Origin: Octopus bimaculoides
Lineage: Eukaryota
NCBI RefSeq assembly: GCF_001194135.2
Contig: NC_068983.1
Span: 33,487,569 to 33,539,288 of the forward strand
Direction of reading: 5' to 3'
DNA: 51,720 bases
The translations under genes and the position numbers were made by a program. Under the pieces are notes generated by a model. It saw nothing but the letters and a program-made list of their open reading frames with translations, made no database searches and had not been told where the DNA came from. Shown one piece after another: positions 50,959-51,720 of this stretch (position 1 is the first letter of the stretch; every line of letters begins with the position of its first letter).

Positions 50959-51720
50959 TAGTTACTAATGTCAAAATGATTGCATGCAAGATTACGCAGC
51001 CCTAGCGTCACTTCTTCATAGCCAGTCTGTGAATGTTTTTGCCCTCTGTTTTAGTCTTCACGTTGGTTAAAATGCCTCGCGACATTTATTCAACATTTTG
51101 CATTCTGTGTTAAAATTTCGCTAAAGCTACATTTCACTTCCATTTTTCGAGGATATATAAAAACGTACTAAAACCAAGGTGATAGATAAGTGAAACTATA
51201 ATATCGTCACCGTGGCTTCACTTGCATAACACAAGATATCATATCCGCATCCCCCTTACCGTTTCTGAAACCATTATGTGACTCAGGCTGAATCTCATCA
51301 GCATTATTATTGAGAAGCCTGTCCAGCACGTTCCTACACAACAGGAGGGAAGAGATATGCCACTGTAATTACCACAGTCGCTCGACCAATTCCCCTTTAT
51401 AGAGAACGAACCTAAGCGCATAGAAACACGTACGCGCGAGCACACACAAGCACACGCAAACACACACACACGCATGCACACACACGCACACCCATACAGC
51501 CACGCTGTAATACATTATCCAAGAACATGTGTATATGAAAAGATAATCGAAGGCGCTTACACACTAGAAAGAAACTTCTTCCACAAAGGTTAGTGACGTT
51601 CTGATAAAAACAAAAAATAATAACTAAAAACCCCTTTTTCTTATACTTAGTAAAACAGTATCAAATGATTTTCACAACGACTTTAGTTAAGTAAATAAAT
51701 AAATAAATAAATACATGTAT

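Larger units (their letters stand above)
49180..51420 (-). mobile_element. Old RTE-clade LINE remnant interrupted by a mariner
   Basis: Right part: DCGNYSGISL, NGFRNGKGDADMI, GCVI. Left part, weaker: YRYNGK..RDLIY, FSRKVW, ILLGLRW. Domain order is collinear. Confidence 0.6.

Overview
AT-rich, microsatellite-dense animal genomic DNA with seven N-gaps. I found no host protein-coding gene I can support. Most listed ORFs are artefacts of simple repeats or gaps. The repeat families look like those of a coleoid cephalopod (Octopus-like); this is an inference from recall, not a search. The recognisable content is mobile-element debris: RLE-type (R4/Dong-like) LINEs tied to (AAT)n or (CATA)n microsatellites, RTE, Jockey-like and CR1-like LINE fragments, tRNA-derived SINEs, two mariner transposons, a Tc1/mariner remnant, a Tigger-like MITE, a Helentron-associated element, and the 3' end of a Penelope-like element with an intact GIY-YIG reading frame. 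The most interesting signal is RNA-level: seven type I hammerhead-ribozyme-like motifs sit in short non-coding repeats. One is fully canonical (24997-25057, minus strand). One has a compensatory G3-C8 core swap (34712-34762). One lies in a 348-bp terminally redundant unit with a perfect 15-bp target-site duplication (29470-29843), which fits a retrozyme-like circular-RNA retroelement. All folds and translations were done by eye; ribozyme activity and novelty are untested.
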